A DNA stretch of 39,727 nucleotides from positions 1 to 39,727 of the IMG/VR virus record IMGVR_UViG_3300049844_000015; one strand, given 5' to 3'. Positions 1-7,572 of the stretch are shown here, in pieces. Each line of letters opens with the position of its first letter. The first letter of the stretch is position 1. The position numbers and the translations under genes were made by a program. The notes below the pieces were generated by a model. It had not been told where the DNA came from, made no database searches, and was given only the letters and a program-made list of their open reading frames with translations. Origin of the DNA: a virus. Lineage: Duplodnaviria > Caudoviricetes.

Positions 1-1263
1 TCGGGCTGCAAGGGATCGACCTGCAAGCACTCTATGACGCCAACGATGCTGTCATCGTGGACTCTGGCCGCGCTGGCCACGGTAAGCTGCTCTACAAGAT
101 GCCCTTGGGCATGGCGCTGCCGTCCAAAAAGATCATCGTCAACGGCGTCACAGCCTACGAGCTGCGCTGCGCCACGGCCAACGGCCTCACGGTGCAGGAC
201 GTGCTACCTCCCTCGATCCACCCTGACACCAAGCAGCCCTATCGATGGGCAGGCAAGGGTCACTGGATGCGCTTACCAGAGCTGCCCCAGCCCCTGTTAG
301 ACTTGTGGCATGGTCTTCTTGAGCAGGATAAGGTGCGCACGCTCGCCACGGGTGACGGCATCGATGCGTCATGGGACGAGATCCGAACAGCCATTGAGTC
401 CATCAGTCCCGACTGCTCCCGCGAAGAGTGGGTCAACGTGGGCATGGCGCTGCACTGGGCAGGCACGCACACCAACCAACTCGATCAGGCTCTGCACCTG
501 TGGGATGAGTGGTCCAAACCCTCGACTAAGTACCCCAACGAGAAAGAGATCATTAGCCAGTGGACCAGTTTCAAGTCTGACAAGGCTACTGCTGTCAAGC
601 TGGGCACGTTGTTCCACATCGCCAAGCAGCATGGCTGGGTGCGCCCTCAGCCCGATGTGCGCGAGTTCTTCAAGGCCGTGGAGTCGCCTGACGAACCCAC
701 GTCACCCATGGTTGACCTGCGCCCACGTCCCCCGCGCCTCGACATCAAGCTGTGCCCACCAGTGCTGGCACGCCGCGCAGAAGAGATCGGGCAAACGGTA
801 GGCTGTGACCCCTTGGTTCCCCTGTTCGCAGGTCTTGCTGCGGTCTGTGGTGTCGCTGACTCACGCTCCCGCCTTGAGCTGATCAAGGACTTCAAAGTGC
901 CACCGGTGCTGTGGCTCATGACCATCGGTGCGCCGGCCGACAAGAAGACACCAGGCTCTGCTCCCATGCTGGCGCCCCTGAAGCACTTGGAGACAGAGGA
1001 TCGTCCACGCTACGCCAAAGACTTCCTCGAATGGGAAGGCAAAGAGGCCATGCACGCATCGTCCAAGAAGGCATTCCTCGAGTTCTCAGCGTCACCCGAG
1101 GCCATGCTCGGCGGTGACCAAGCACCACAGGTGCACGACCTCCCACCGCAGCCAGTGCCCCTGCGCATCACGGTGGATGACGTGACCTCCCAGAAGCTCG
1201 TGCGCTTGGCTGCTGACCGTCCACGGGGTCTGCTGTGCGCTCTTGATGAGATGAACTCATGGG
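1..1263. repeat. Terminal overlap copy A (matches 38465-39727; offset 38,464 bp)
   Basis: tcgggctgcaagggatcgac... at 1 recurs at 38465, and both copies end ...gagatgaactcatggg. The copies are collinear, with roughly 45-50 substitutions by manual count, almost all at third codon positions. Confidence 0.97.
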
Positions 1264-2234
1264 TGCGCAAGATGACCGACAAGACCAGTGGCGAGGATCG
1301 CTCTGCATGGGTCAAGGCATACGAGTCGTCGTCCTATGAGATGGACCGTGTTGGCTCGGGTTCAATCTTTTGCGAAAACCTTGCTGTCAGCATCTACGGC
1401 AACATTCAGCCCCGTGTGTTCCGCGAGGCACTACACAACCTGAGCGCCGATGGTCTGGTCCAACGCTTCGTGCCCTGCATCTTGAATGGTGACATGACGC
1501 GCAGACCCACCGAAATCCCCGACTACCTGCTCAACAAGGATCAGTGGGAGCAGACACTGCGCATTGTGTACGCGCTGCCAGCGATGACGTACCAATTGAG
1601 TCCAGAGGCCAAGCGGGTCTATGAAGAGTTTCAAGAGTGGTACGACTTCAAACGCCGTGATGAGCGCATCTTGCAGTCCGACGACACCTACATGACAGCG
1701 TTCGGTAAGATCGAAGGCTTGGCCGGTCGCCTGATGCTCGTGTTCCACCTGATCGAGTCACCCTTTGCATTGCAGGTGTCTGGGGATCTCGCGCAGCGTG
1801 TGATCGAGTTGGTCAAGGGCTATGTGATTCCCGCCTTTCGTTATTCGCTGTGTGAATTGTCCGACTCGAACAACTTCGACATCTGGTTGAGGGATCACAT
1901 CATCCACCACTGCGATCTGCAAACGATCACGTTGTCCGAGATCAAGCGATCAGCTCGTCGTCAGATGGACAAGACCAACACCTGGCAACAAGATCAGATT
2001 GTCTATGGGGCCATGTACGCACTGGAGAAGGCACGATGGGTGATGCGCATGGATGATGGGTCCAAAGAGAACCAGCATCATGCTCAGTGGGCTATCAACC
2101 CTGCGATTGCTGAACAGTTCAAGGATCACCGTGCGGCTGTGATCAAGGCCAAACAGCGCCAGATGGACGAGATCTACAAACTCAGCACCAAAGAAAAACC
2201 CCGAGTCAAGGACTACGGGGTGTTAGGTGAATAA
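1..2234 (+). CDS. Bifunctional primase-polymerase / PriCT-2 / DUF3987-type helicase, C-terminal part (5' end at 38221; about 825 aa when circularised)
   Basis: The ORF is open from the window start. It has a PriCT-2-like stretch (SREEWVNVGMALH...LWDEWS...KY), a Walker-A-like GAPADKKT, a Walker-B-like LCALDEM and the DGLVQRF motif typical of DUF3987 proteins. Confidence 0.85.
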   Translation, partial: GLQGIDLQALYDANDAVIVDSGRAGHGKLLYKMPLGMALPSKKIIVNGVTAYELRCATANGLTVQDVLPPSIHPDTKQPYRWAGKGHWMRLPELPQPLLDLWHGLLEQDKVRTLATGDGIDASWDEIRTAIESISPDCSREEWVNVGMALHWAGTHTNQLDQALHLWDEWSKPSTKYPNEKEIISQWTSFKSDKATAVKLGTLFHIAKQHGWVRPQPDVREFFKAVESPDEPTSPMVDLRPRPPRLDIKLCPPVLARRAEEIGQTVGCDPLVPLFAGLAAVCGVADSRSRLELIKDFKVPPVLWLMTIGAPADKKTPGSAPMLAPLKHLETEDRPRYAKDFLEWEGKEAMHASSKKAFLEFSASPEAMLGGDQAPQVHDLPPQPVPLRITVDDVTSQKLVRLAADRPRGLLCALDEMNSWVRKMTDKTSGEDRSAWVKAYESSSYEMDRVGSGSIFCENLAVSIYGNIQPRVFREALHNLSADGLVQRFVPCILNGDMTRRPTEIPDYLLNKDQWEQTLRIVYALPAMTYQLSPEAKRVYEEFQEWYDFKRRDERILQSDDTYMTAFGKIEGLAGRLMLVFHLIESPFALQVSGDLAQRVIELVKGYVIPAFRYSLCELSDSNNFDIWLRDHIIHHCDLQTITLSEIKRSARRQMDKTNTWQQDQIVYGAMYALEKARWVMRMDDGSKENQHHAQWAINPAIAEQFKDHRAAVIKAKQRQMDEIYKLSTKEKPRVKDYGVLGE

Positions 2235-2254
2235 GGGGCTTCGGCCCCTTTTTT
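2233..2254. terminator. Rho-independent terminator between convergent genes
   Basis: AAGGGGC-TTCG-GCCCCTT followed by a T run. Confidence 0.85.
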
Positions 2255-2468
2255 ATCGGTCACCTCTTGCTCGGATTGATTCAGCTAGGTCTATGTTGTT
2301 TTTTGCATAAGCGTCAACCAAATCAAGAACAACCTCGCGCTCTTTAGCTGCTACCAGTTTGGCAAAGATTTCAATGTTTTTCCAATCTGCTTCTGCAATA
2401 AGTTCTGGATATATAAAAGCAGGTAAACCAGCTTCTACTGCTAGATTCGCAATTTCTTCTCTGTTCAT
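2253..2468 (-). CDS. Small hypothetical phage protein (FAKLVAAKERE family), 71 aa
   Basis: GAGGAG SD upstream; paralogous to 3882-4130. Confidence 0.75.
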   Translation of the reverse strand: MNREEIANLAVEAGLPAFIYPELIAEADWKNIEIFAKLVAAKEREVVLDLVDAYAKNNIDLAESIRARGDR

Positions 2469-2477
2469 GTCAACTCC

Positions 2478-2549
2478 TCATTTATAAAACATTGCCAAGA
2501 TCAGGCAAACCATTCCGAAACATAACAGGTCTTCAATGAACTCGGGCAT
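2478..2549 (-). CDS. 23-aa hydrophobic microprotein MPEFIEDLLCFGMVCLILAMFYK
   Basis: Translated by hand; GGAGG SD before the ATG; fills the gap between two neighbouring genes. Confidence 0.5.
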   Translation of the reverse strand: MPEFIEDLLCFGMVCLILAMFYK

Positions 2550-3066
2550 CGCGCACCTCCGTTGGCCAGGGTCCACGGATCTGGGTCATCTGTGGTGTGT
2601 AGTCAGTGCCTCCGGCTTTTTTGTAGCCGTTGTTCTTGCGCACATCGAGTTGGATTTGTTTCATCGCTGCCTTGGCTTCGGCTTTGCGCTGCTTCTCTTC
2701 TGCCTTGATTCGATCACGCTCGAGTTTGGCCTTCTTGCGCTCGAGTGCACGCTTTCGGCTCTCCTCGAGTCGCTTGGTCTTGGCCAGCTCACTCTTGCGC
2801 TGTTGAAGGGCTTCCTTCATGTCATAGCACTCTGAGTATTCCATGGGCTTGGGTGCACCTGCTGGCACTGTCACAACGCTCCACACTGCACGATACAGGC
2901 CGGTGGTGACCTTTTGCCAGTCGCTGATGTAGAACCCATAGTTGCGCCTGAGCGCACTGATCACGAGGTCCTGTGTTGCACCGTCAGCTTTGGAGATCTC
3001 GCGCACAGTCATGCCCTGTGGGTTGGCCAGCAGCAGCTCACGCAGTCTTATGCCGATTGGGTTCAT
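2533..3066 (-). CDS. Hypothetical protein with an N-terminal winged-HTH-like segment and a basic coiled coil, 177 aa
   Basis: LRELLLANPQGMTVREISKADG resembles an HTH; K/E-rich helix follows; ATGA overlap with the upstream gene. Confidence 0.6.
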   Translation of the reverse strand: MNPIGIRLRELLLANPQGMTVREISKADGATQDLVISALRRNYGFYISDWQKVTTGLYRAVWSVVTVPAGAPKPMEYSECYDMKEALQQRKSELAKTKRLEESRKRALERKKAKLERDRIKAEEKQRKAEAKAAMKQIQLDVRKNNGYKKAGGTDYTPQMTQIRGPWPTEVRDARVH

Positions 3067-3602
3067 GTGTTCTTCTCCGTAAGTTTGGCTTCTGCGGCTC
3101 TTACAACAGCGTATAAGTCATCGTAATAATATGCACCAGACAGATCCGTGACCTCTACCATGCTGTCAATTTCCTCATCCGTCAGCCCAACCCATGTGCG
3201 TTGTTGTGGTGTGGTGTAGAGGCGTTTGTCCGTTGGCTTTATGTCAGAGTCGCGCAATAGCGTTGGCAGACCTTCGCGCACTACAACACCAGCCACAGGC
3301 TCTTGCTTCTCTGCTTCTGCGATGTCGTCTTTATGACCGCTTCCACCGCAATATGGGCAAGCGTTCTGTGCGTGATATGCGGCTTGTTCATCAGCAGATA
3401 GCGCATCCCATTCTTCATTACGCTTTTCGCTTGATATGATGATTGCACCCAAAGCGGCTCTTTTGCTTTCTGCCTCTGCGATGGCTTTGCGTAGGGATGT
3501 GATGCAGTTATCAATTGATTCAAAAGATATGCCAACATCTTCAAAATGCAATTTTTGATCTTCAAACTCAGCAAGCGCCAGTTTCATTGCTTCAATGCTC
3601 AT
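3063..3602 (-). CDS. Hypothetical phage protein (MSIEAMKLAL...QEPVA...WVGLTDEEI family) with a CPYCGGSG zinc-finger-like insert
   Basis: Mosaic motifs typical of proteobacterial phage nin-like regions; coupled to its neighbours. Confidence 0.75.
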   Translation of the reverse strand: MSIEAMKLALAEFEDQKLHFEDVGISFESIDNCITSLRKAIAEAESKRAALGAIIISSEKRNEEWDALSADEQAAYHAQNACPYCGGSGHKDDIAEAEKQEPVAGVVVREGLPTLLRDSDIKPTDKRLYTTPQQRTWVGLTDEEIDSMVEVTDLSGAYYYDDLYAVVRAAEAKLTEKNT

Positions 3603-3694
3603 AGTGGACTCTCCTCGTAGTTGTCTGGGTTGAACCGTGGCACACGGTTGCCACGATCTTTGGGGTTGGGGTAGGGTGGGAAGGGCCAGCTCAC
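3599..3694 (-). CDS. 31-aa microprotein MSWPFPPYPNPKDRGNRVPRFNPDNYEESPL
   Basis: GTG start overlaps the upstream stop (GTGA) and its own stop overlaps the next ATG (ATGA); GAGGAG SD. Confidence 0.55.
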   Translation of the reverse strand: MSWPFPPYPNPKDRGNRVPRFNPDNYEESPL

Positions 3695-3885
3695 TTGTCT
3701 CTCCTCAACTTAGGCAGTGGTGCCCAATGGGTATAGAACTTGTCTTTGCCATTGAACGTGCCATACATGGCCACACCGCCCCCGCCAAGCAGTTGAACCT
3801 TGACACCCGTGGGGCAGGTGGCGATGGGTTGCCAAAAGTAGTTGTGGTCCACGGCTGCAACACCGGTGCTGTCGAGTTGTGTCAT
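3691..3885 (-). CDS. DUF551-like small protein, 64 aa
   Basis: WQPIATCP...THWAPLP motif pair. Confidence 0.7.
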   Translation of the reverse strand: MTQLDSTGVAAVDHNYFWQPIATCPTGVKVQLLGGGGVAMYGTFNGKDKFYTHWAPLPKLRRDK

Positions 3886-4130
3886 GCTTCACCTCTTGCT
3901 CGGATGTGGTAGGCGCACATTCCAGCTTCACCAGATGCAATTGATAGGTCTGGATGATCGCTGTATCTGTCTTCACAAACTTTTGCACACGCCTCACGCT
4001 CTTTAGCTGCGACCAGTTTGGCAAAGGCTTCAAGACAAACTTCAGACCGCAACTCTCCAAGCGTCACATTGACAAGGATTGGCCCAAGTCCAGCCTGTCT
4101 AGCCATCTCAATGATTTCATCTTGTGTCAT
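3882..4130 (-). CDS. Small hypothetical protein (MTQDEIIEMARQAG...AKEREACAKVCE), 82 aa
   Basis: GGAGG SD and ATGA coupling favour the start at 4130 over 4283. Confidence 0.75.
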   Translation of the reverse strand: MTQDEIIEMARQAGLGPILVNVTLGELRSEVCLEAFAKLVAAKEREACAKVCEDRYSDHPDLSIASGEAGMCAYHIRARGEA

Positions 4131-4363
4131 TGCATCCTCCGTTGAACGTCTTGTGGGTCCACATGCATCATCTGCTGGAACAGCACAGCAAAGCTGGCGC
4201 GGGTGTCGTTGCCCAAGGGCATTTCGCCTAATCGTTTCATGAGTTCCTCGAGGCAGCAGTTCCAACCGCCGATGAATACCCATTGGGCTGCATCTTTTGG
4301 GGATAGACCCAGATCACCGTATAAACGGTCGTAGTGGTCTAGTGCGTCTTTGTGTTTGCTCAT
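4127..4363 (-). CDS. Hypothetical protein, 78 aa
   Basis: ATGA-coupled on both sides; GGAGG SD. Confidence 0.7.
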   Translation of the reverse strand: MSKHKDALDHYDRLYGDLGLSPKDAAQWVFIGGWNCCLEELMKRLGEMPLGNDTRASFAVLFQQMMHVDPQDVQRRMQ

Positions 4364-4602
4364 TTGCGTGCCTCCAGCATTGCGTCTGCTACTTTGTAAG
4401 ATTCAACAGCAACCTTATTTAAGTTGTCTTTGTCCATAGGAATACAAAGCCAGTACGACATTGCCTTGGCTGCAAAGTAGTCGCGAATCGTGATGCCATT
4501 GAAGTCGCAACTGTCTTGAACCCACTTGCCTTCATGGTTCCAACCGCTAGGTGTTGGAAAAGCTGGTCCACCTGTTTTTGCATTTGTCATTTCATTCTCC
4601 AT
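4360..4602 (-). CDS. Conserved phage hypothetical protein (GGPAFP...GITIRDYFAAKAM...ADAMLEAR family)
   Basis: Recognisable motif; the start may be 4590 (GGAG SD). Confidence 0.8.
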   Translation of the reverse strand: MENEMTNAKTGGPAFPTPSGWNHEGKWVQDSCDFNGITIRDYFAAKAMSYWLCIPMDKDNLNKVAVESYKVADAMLEARK

Positions 4603-4705
4603 TCAATTTTCAATTTAGCTCCAGTTCGCTTATAAAGGCCCAAAAGCCAAAACGATTCCGGTGCATAGAAATAAATTCCGGTCCTTAAAAACCATTTTCC
4701 GTGCG

Positions 4706-5008
4706 TTAATTTGAAACCTGATTCTTTGACATAGCCGAATTCTGATGTGAACTTTTTCGCTTGACCACGGGCGCGGGTAGCAGCGCGGCATGTATCGCAG
4801 GCGCCACGGCTTCAAGGGTGCCCAGTACATCGAGCAGCTTCACGGCCACGGCCGACGGTGTACGGGTGCCCGCTATCCACTTTCGCACGGTGTAAACGGG
4901 GACGCCCAGATACTCGGCGAGCTGTAAATCATTGAGATTCAGGCGCTCGGCGGTATCTCGCAGGCGTGCATTAAATCCGGCGTTTTGGGGGGTTTTTTGT
5001 GTTGTCAT
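4706..5008 (-). CDS. XRE/Cro-type HTH DNA-binding protein, 100 aa
   Basis: LNLNDLQLAEYLGVPVYTVRKWIAGTRTP is a canonical HTH_XRE signature; no C-terminal peptidase domain. Confidence 0.85.
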   Translation of the reverse strand: MTTQKTPQNAGFNARLRDTAERLNLNDLQLAEYLGVPVYTVRKWIAGTRTPSAVAVKLLDVLGTLEAVAPAIHAALLPAPVVKRKSSHQNSAMSKNQVSN

Positions 5009-5030
5009 AGGGTAAGGCTTTCAAAGGGTC

Positions 5031-5061
5031 AAAAAAGCCCCGCAGGGTTCAATCTGCGGGG
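5031..5061 (-). terminator. Rho-independent terminator ending the first early transcript
   Basis: On the minus strand: CCCCGCAG, 8-nt loop, CTGCGGGG, then CTTTTTT. Confidence 0.75.
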
Positions 5062-5085
5062 TGCTGGGGTTACTGGGTGCTAGGG

Positions 5086-5145
5086 TTACATATCCCAAGC
5101 GGCGGAGATTAGGGCGACAATGCACGCGATAAATAAAACGCTCAT
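5086..5145 (-). CDS. 19-aa hydrophobic microprotein MSVLFIACIVALISAAWDM
   Basis: ATGA overlap with the upstream ORF; ends just before the terminator. Confidence 0.5.
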   Translation of the reverse strand: MSVLFIACIVALISAAWDM

Positions 5146-5321
5146 GCGCGGGCTTCCTTTCGTCCTTGTTCAATCAATCGGCGAGCTTCGGCGGTGTCCT
5201 TACCTTGCTCACTCGATAACATGGCGCGGAGCTTCTCGGCGGCGGCGCGTGCTTGGTCTACTGTTTGAGCGCGTTCATATTTGCGCCCCGCTTCAATGTA
5301 TGCGCTTTCGGTGTGGTTCAT
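5142..5321 (-). CDS. 59-aa helical hypothetical protein (MNHTESAYIEAGRKYERA...)
   Basis: Not in the ORF track; translated by hand; GAGGTG SD and ATGA coupling at both ends. Confidence 0.7.
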   Translation of the reverse strand: MNHTESAYIEAGRKYERAQTVDQARAAAEKLRAMLSSEQGKDTAEARRLIEQGRKEARA

Positions 5322-5557
5322 TCTGTCACCTCTTCCACGGATTCAATGCTCCAGTCGTCCCCGCCGTGCTTATCGGGTTCAAAGCTCCCGCCGTCTAGGT
5401 TTTCGGCTATGGCTTGCGCCTCTTCTAGGCTTTCGGCTTCAATCTCGGCGGTGCAATATGTAATGTAAGATGCGGTCACTTTATAGGTCTTCATGTTGTC
5501 GATTCTTTCTTGGTGTCGGTTTAATTGGGTTTCAAAATAGGCGTCTAGACCTTTCAT
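5318..5557 (-). CDS. Small acidic protein, DpnD/PcfM-like motif
   Basis: KTYKVTASYITYCTAEIEAESLEEAQAIAE pattern and an acidic C-terminus. Confidence 0.55.
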   Translation of the reverse strand: MKGLDAYFETQLNRHQERIDNMKTYKVTASYITYCTAEIEAESLEEAQAIAENLDGGSFEPDKHGGDDWSIESVEEVTE

Positions 5558-5985
5558 CAGACGGCCTCATTTAGTAAGCATTGGGCGCTGTCGATGTCAC
5601 CCGATGCAATTAGCTCAAGCGCGGCGCGGATTGTGGTTTTCAATCCGGCGGCAGTTTGCGCGGGTTTCTTTGTTTTAACCGTGGGCACGTAATCGGGGTT
5701 CACCTCTTCCACGCACTCAGGAAACGCAGCGTCCAGCATGGGCGCGGGTTTGTAATAGTTTTCGCAGCGGTGCACAATTTTGTGTTGGATGCCGTCGAAT
5801 TGACGCTGAAACAATGCGACATAGTCAAAGGTGCTCATGCCTGCATGAAAATCGGGGTACTCGCGGCGAATTGGTTTCAGGGCTTCGGGTTTGTGCTTTT
5901 TCGGCTTTTCCAATGCGGCGCGGTACTTTGCGACATTCTCAGGGGCAACGGTGTAACGGGTTGATTCATGTGTAAAGGTTTGCAT
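5557..5985 (-). CDS. Hypothetical early protein, 142 aa
   Basis: AAGGA SD; TGATG overlap with the next gene. Confidence 0.7.
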   Translation of the reverse strand: MQTFTHESTRYTVAPENVAKYRAALEKPKKHKPEALKPIRREYPDFHAGMSTFDYVALFQRQFDGIQHKIVHRCENYYKPAPMLDAAFPECVEEVNPDYVPTVKTKKPAQTAAGLKTTIRAALELIASGDIDSAQCLLNEAV

Positions 5986-5990
5986 TTTGT

Positions 5991-6212
5991 TTAATCCTTT
6001 GCAAAGTTTGCGACAAATTCAAAATTAGGGCTTTTTGTTTTCGCGGCGGCGATAGCTTCGCGGCATGTGCGATAAGCATTGCTTGAGTACATGTACATTA
6101 AGTGCCTTTTGTGTTCACTGTCGGGGACGTTTGAGTTTTGACGCATCCAAACGTGAATTTTGCGCTTATAAACTGGGCCGAAATGCGCGGTCCCGATGAC
6201 TGGGTTTCTCAT
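5991..6212 (-). CDS. Hypothetical early protein, about 73 aa
   Basis: AAAGGTG SD before the ATG at 6212. Confidence 0.6.
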   Translation of the reverse strand: MRNPVIGTAHFGPVYKRKIHVWMRQNSNVPDSEHKRHLMYMYSSNAYRTCREAIAAAKTKSPNFEFVANFAKD

Positions 6213-6223
6213 GGTGTCACCTT

Positions 6224-6673
6224 TCAAAGCCAAGAATGTTTAAGCACATAACCGCCGTCTCTATCGGGTGCACCGTTTCGCGTGCCGTGTGGTTTACGTG
6301 TGCCCTTTGGCCACAAATTGCGCCCCAGCGTGTAAACGGTGTGAAACCCCATATCCATGCCGCAGCCGCCAACAATCAGGCCGCCTTTGTCCGATTGACG
6401 CCAGCCCGTGATGACGGCGACGCGGCGGGTAATGTTCACAATCTCGTTTTTGTGGACAATGTAAAGGCTAATGCGGCGGGTCATGCCCGAAGCCGAAACA
6501 TGGTCACATGATGTGTAAACAGTTTGTCCGGCTTTCAAGATTTTGCGCAAATCGTCGCATTGTTGAGCGCGGTACATCTCCGCGCCTTTCGTTTTAGGCA
6601 ATTCGATAAAGTCGTCGCCCCAGTGGTTTGTCGTTTCGAAAATCTCGCCCGTTGTTTTGTGTTGCATATACAT
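6224..6673 (-). CDS. Conserved phage hypothetical protein (SASGMTRRI...GCGMDMGFH family), 149 aa
   Basis: Motif recurrent in environmental phages; AGGGGG SD. Confidence 0.75.
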   Translation of the reverse strand: MYMQHKTTGEIFETTNHWGDDFIELPKTKGAEMYRAQQCDDLRKILKAGQTVYTSCDHVSASGMTRRISLYIVHKNEIVNITRRVAVITGWRQSDKGGLIVGGCGMDMGFHTVYTLGRNLWPKGTRKPHGTRNGAPDRDGGYVLKHSWL

Positions 6674-6685
6674 GGTGCACCCCCT

Positions 6686-6838
6686 TTATTTAGTCAATAC
6701 ATCGAAATACGCCAAAGCGCAAACGGTCAAAAGAACGACAACGCACGCAGCGGCGAGATAGTCCCAAGCATCGGGGCGGCGGTGTGTTGGAATGGGTTTC
6801 GCGGGTGCCCAATGTTGGGCGTGGTTTGAGTGTTTCAT
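6686..6838 (-). CDS. 50-aa single-TM protein, first gene of the early operon
   Basis: MKHSNHAQHWAPAKPIPTHRRPDAWDYLAAACVVVLLTVCALAYFDVLTK; GGAGA SD; not in the ORF track. Confidence 0.7.
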   Translation of the reverse strand: MKHSNHAQHWAPAKPIPTHRRPDAWDYLAAACVVVLLTVCALAYFDVLTK

Positions 6839-6886
6839 AAAATCTCCAGGTTTACGGGTTATAGGTTACTAGGTGTCACGGGTGAA

Positions 6887-6914
6887 ATTATAACCCATTG
6901 GGTTATGGTGTCTA
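6887..6914 (-). promoter_or_regulatory. Sigma70-type early promoter with a palindromic operator in its spacer
   Basis: Minus strand reads TAGACA-N16-TATAAT; the spacer and -10 box overlap the perfect palindrome ATAACCCA-T-TGGGTTAT (6890-6906). Confidence 0.7.
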
Positions 6915-6952
6915 ATTGTATTTTTCAATCACCCAATGGGTTGTTAATAGTT

Positions 6953-7558
6953 TTACCCAATGGGTAAACCCATACTTAATTTGAATTTCGCATCACGCTT
7001 CGCGGCTTCTGCGGCTTCGGGTGTTGAGAAGTAACCCAAGTAATGAACTTGAGCACCAAAACGAACGGCGGCGCGAATCTTTGGGGTTTTCGTTCGTTTC
7101 TTTCGCTCAGGCCACACGCCGAACTGGAGCCAATGGATTAAATGATTCGTTCGATAAGTCACCGCGCCGTGAGTTACCCGCGCCGTGCGAATCTCGAACG
7201 GGTCAACCTGTCGCACGGGTTCAAAGTCTCCCGCGCTCACAATCCAAACCCGATACAGTTTGCCGTTTACCACTTCGAACGCCTCGCCCAATGCTTCGGG
7301 CTTTGTGCGTGTGGTTTGTGTTTTCACTGGTTCAACTCGCACGGGTTTATTTTCCACCACTAGTTTGGGCGGTTGTCGTGTCAGTGAATCGAGGATTGAT
7401 TGCAACTGCTCAGTGCTCATGCGTTCGAGTTCGAAAACCTCAAAGGCGTCAGATTGTGGGTGATTTAGGAAGCGGTCAACCAGCGCAAGATGCGCGAGTT
7501 GTTCGGGCGTTTTGTTTTCTAGTTCGTGCTCTGCGTAATGTGTGAAGCTGTGAGACAT
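6953..7558 (-). CDS. AP2-domain DNA-binding protein, apparently derived from an HNH-AP2 endonuclease lacking the HNH core, 201 aa
   Basis: YRTNHLIHWLQFGVWP is followed directly by IRAAVRFGAQVHYLGYFSTPEAAEAA (AP2-like); GGAGA SD at 7558. Confidence 0.65.
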   Translation of the reverse strand: MSHSFTHYAEHELENKTPEQLAHLALVDRFLNHPQSDAFEVFELERMSTEQLQSILDSLTRQPPKLVVENKPVRVEPVKTQTTRTKPEALGEAFEVVNGKLYRVWIVSAGDFEPVRQVDPFEIRTARVTHGAVTYRTNHLIHWLQFGVWPERKKRTKTPKIRAAVRFGAQVHYLGYFSTPEAAEAAKRDAKFKLSMGLPIG

Positions 7559-7572
7559 TGAGGTTCTCCGTT

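Noticed and set aside
4706-5008. CI repressor implying a temperate lifestyle
   Set aside because: It is an HTH-only protein with no S24 peptidase domain. No integrase, partition genes or att-like context were found.
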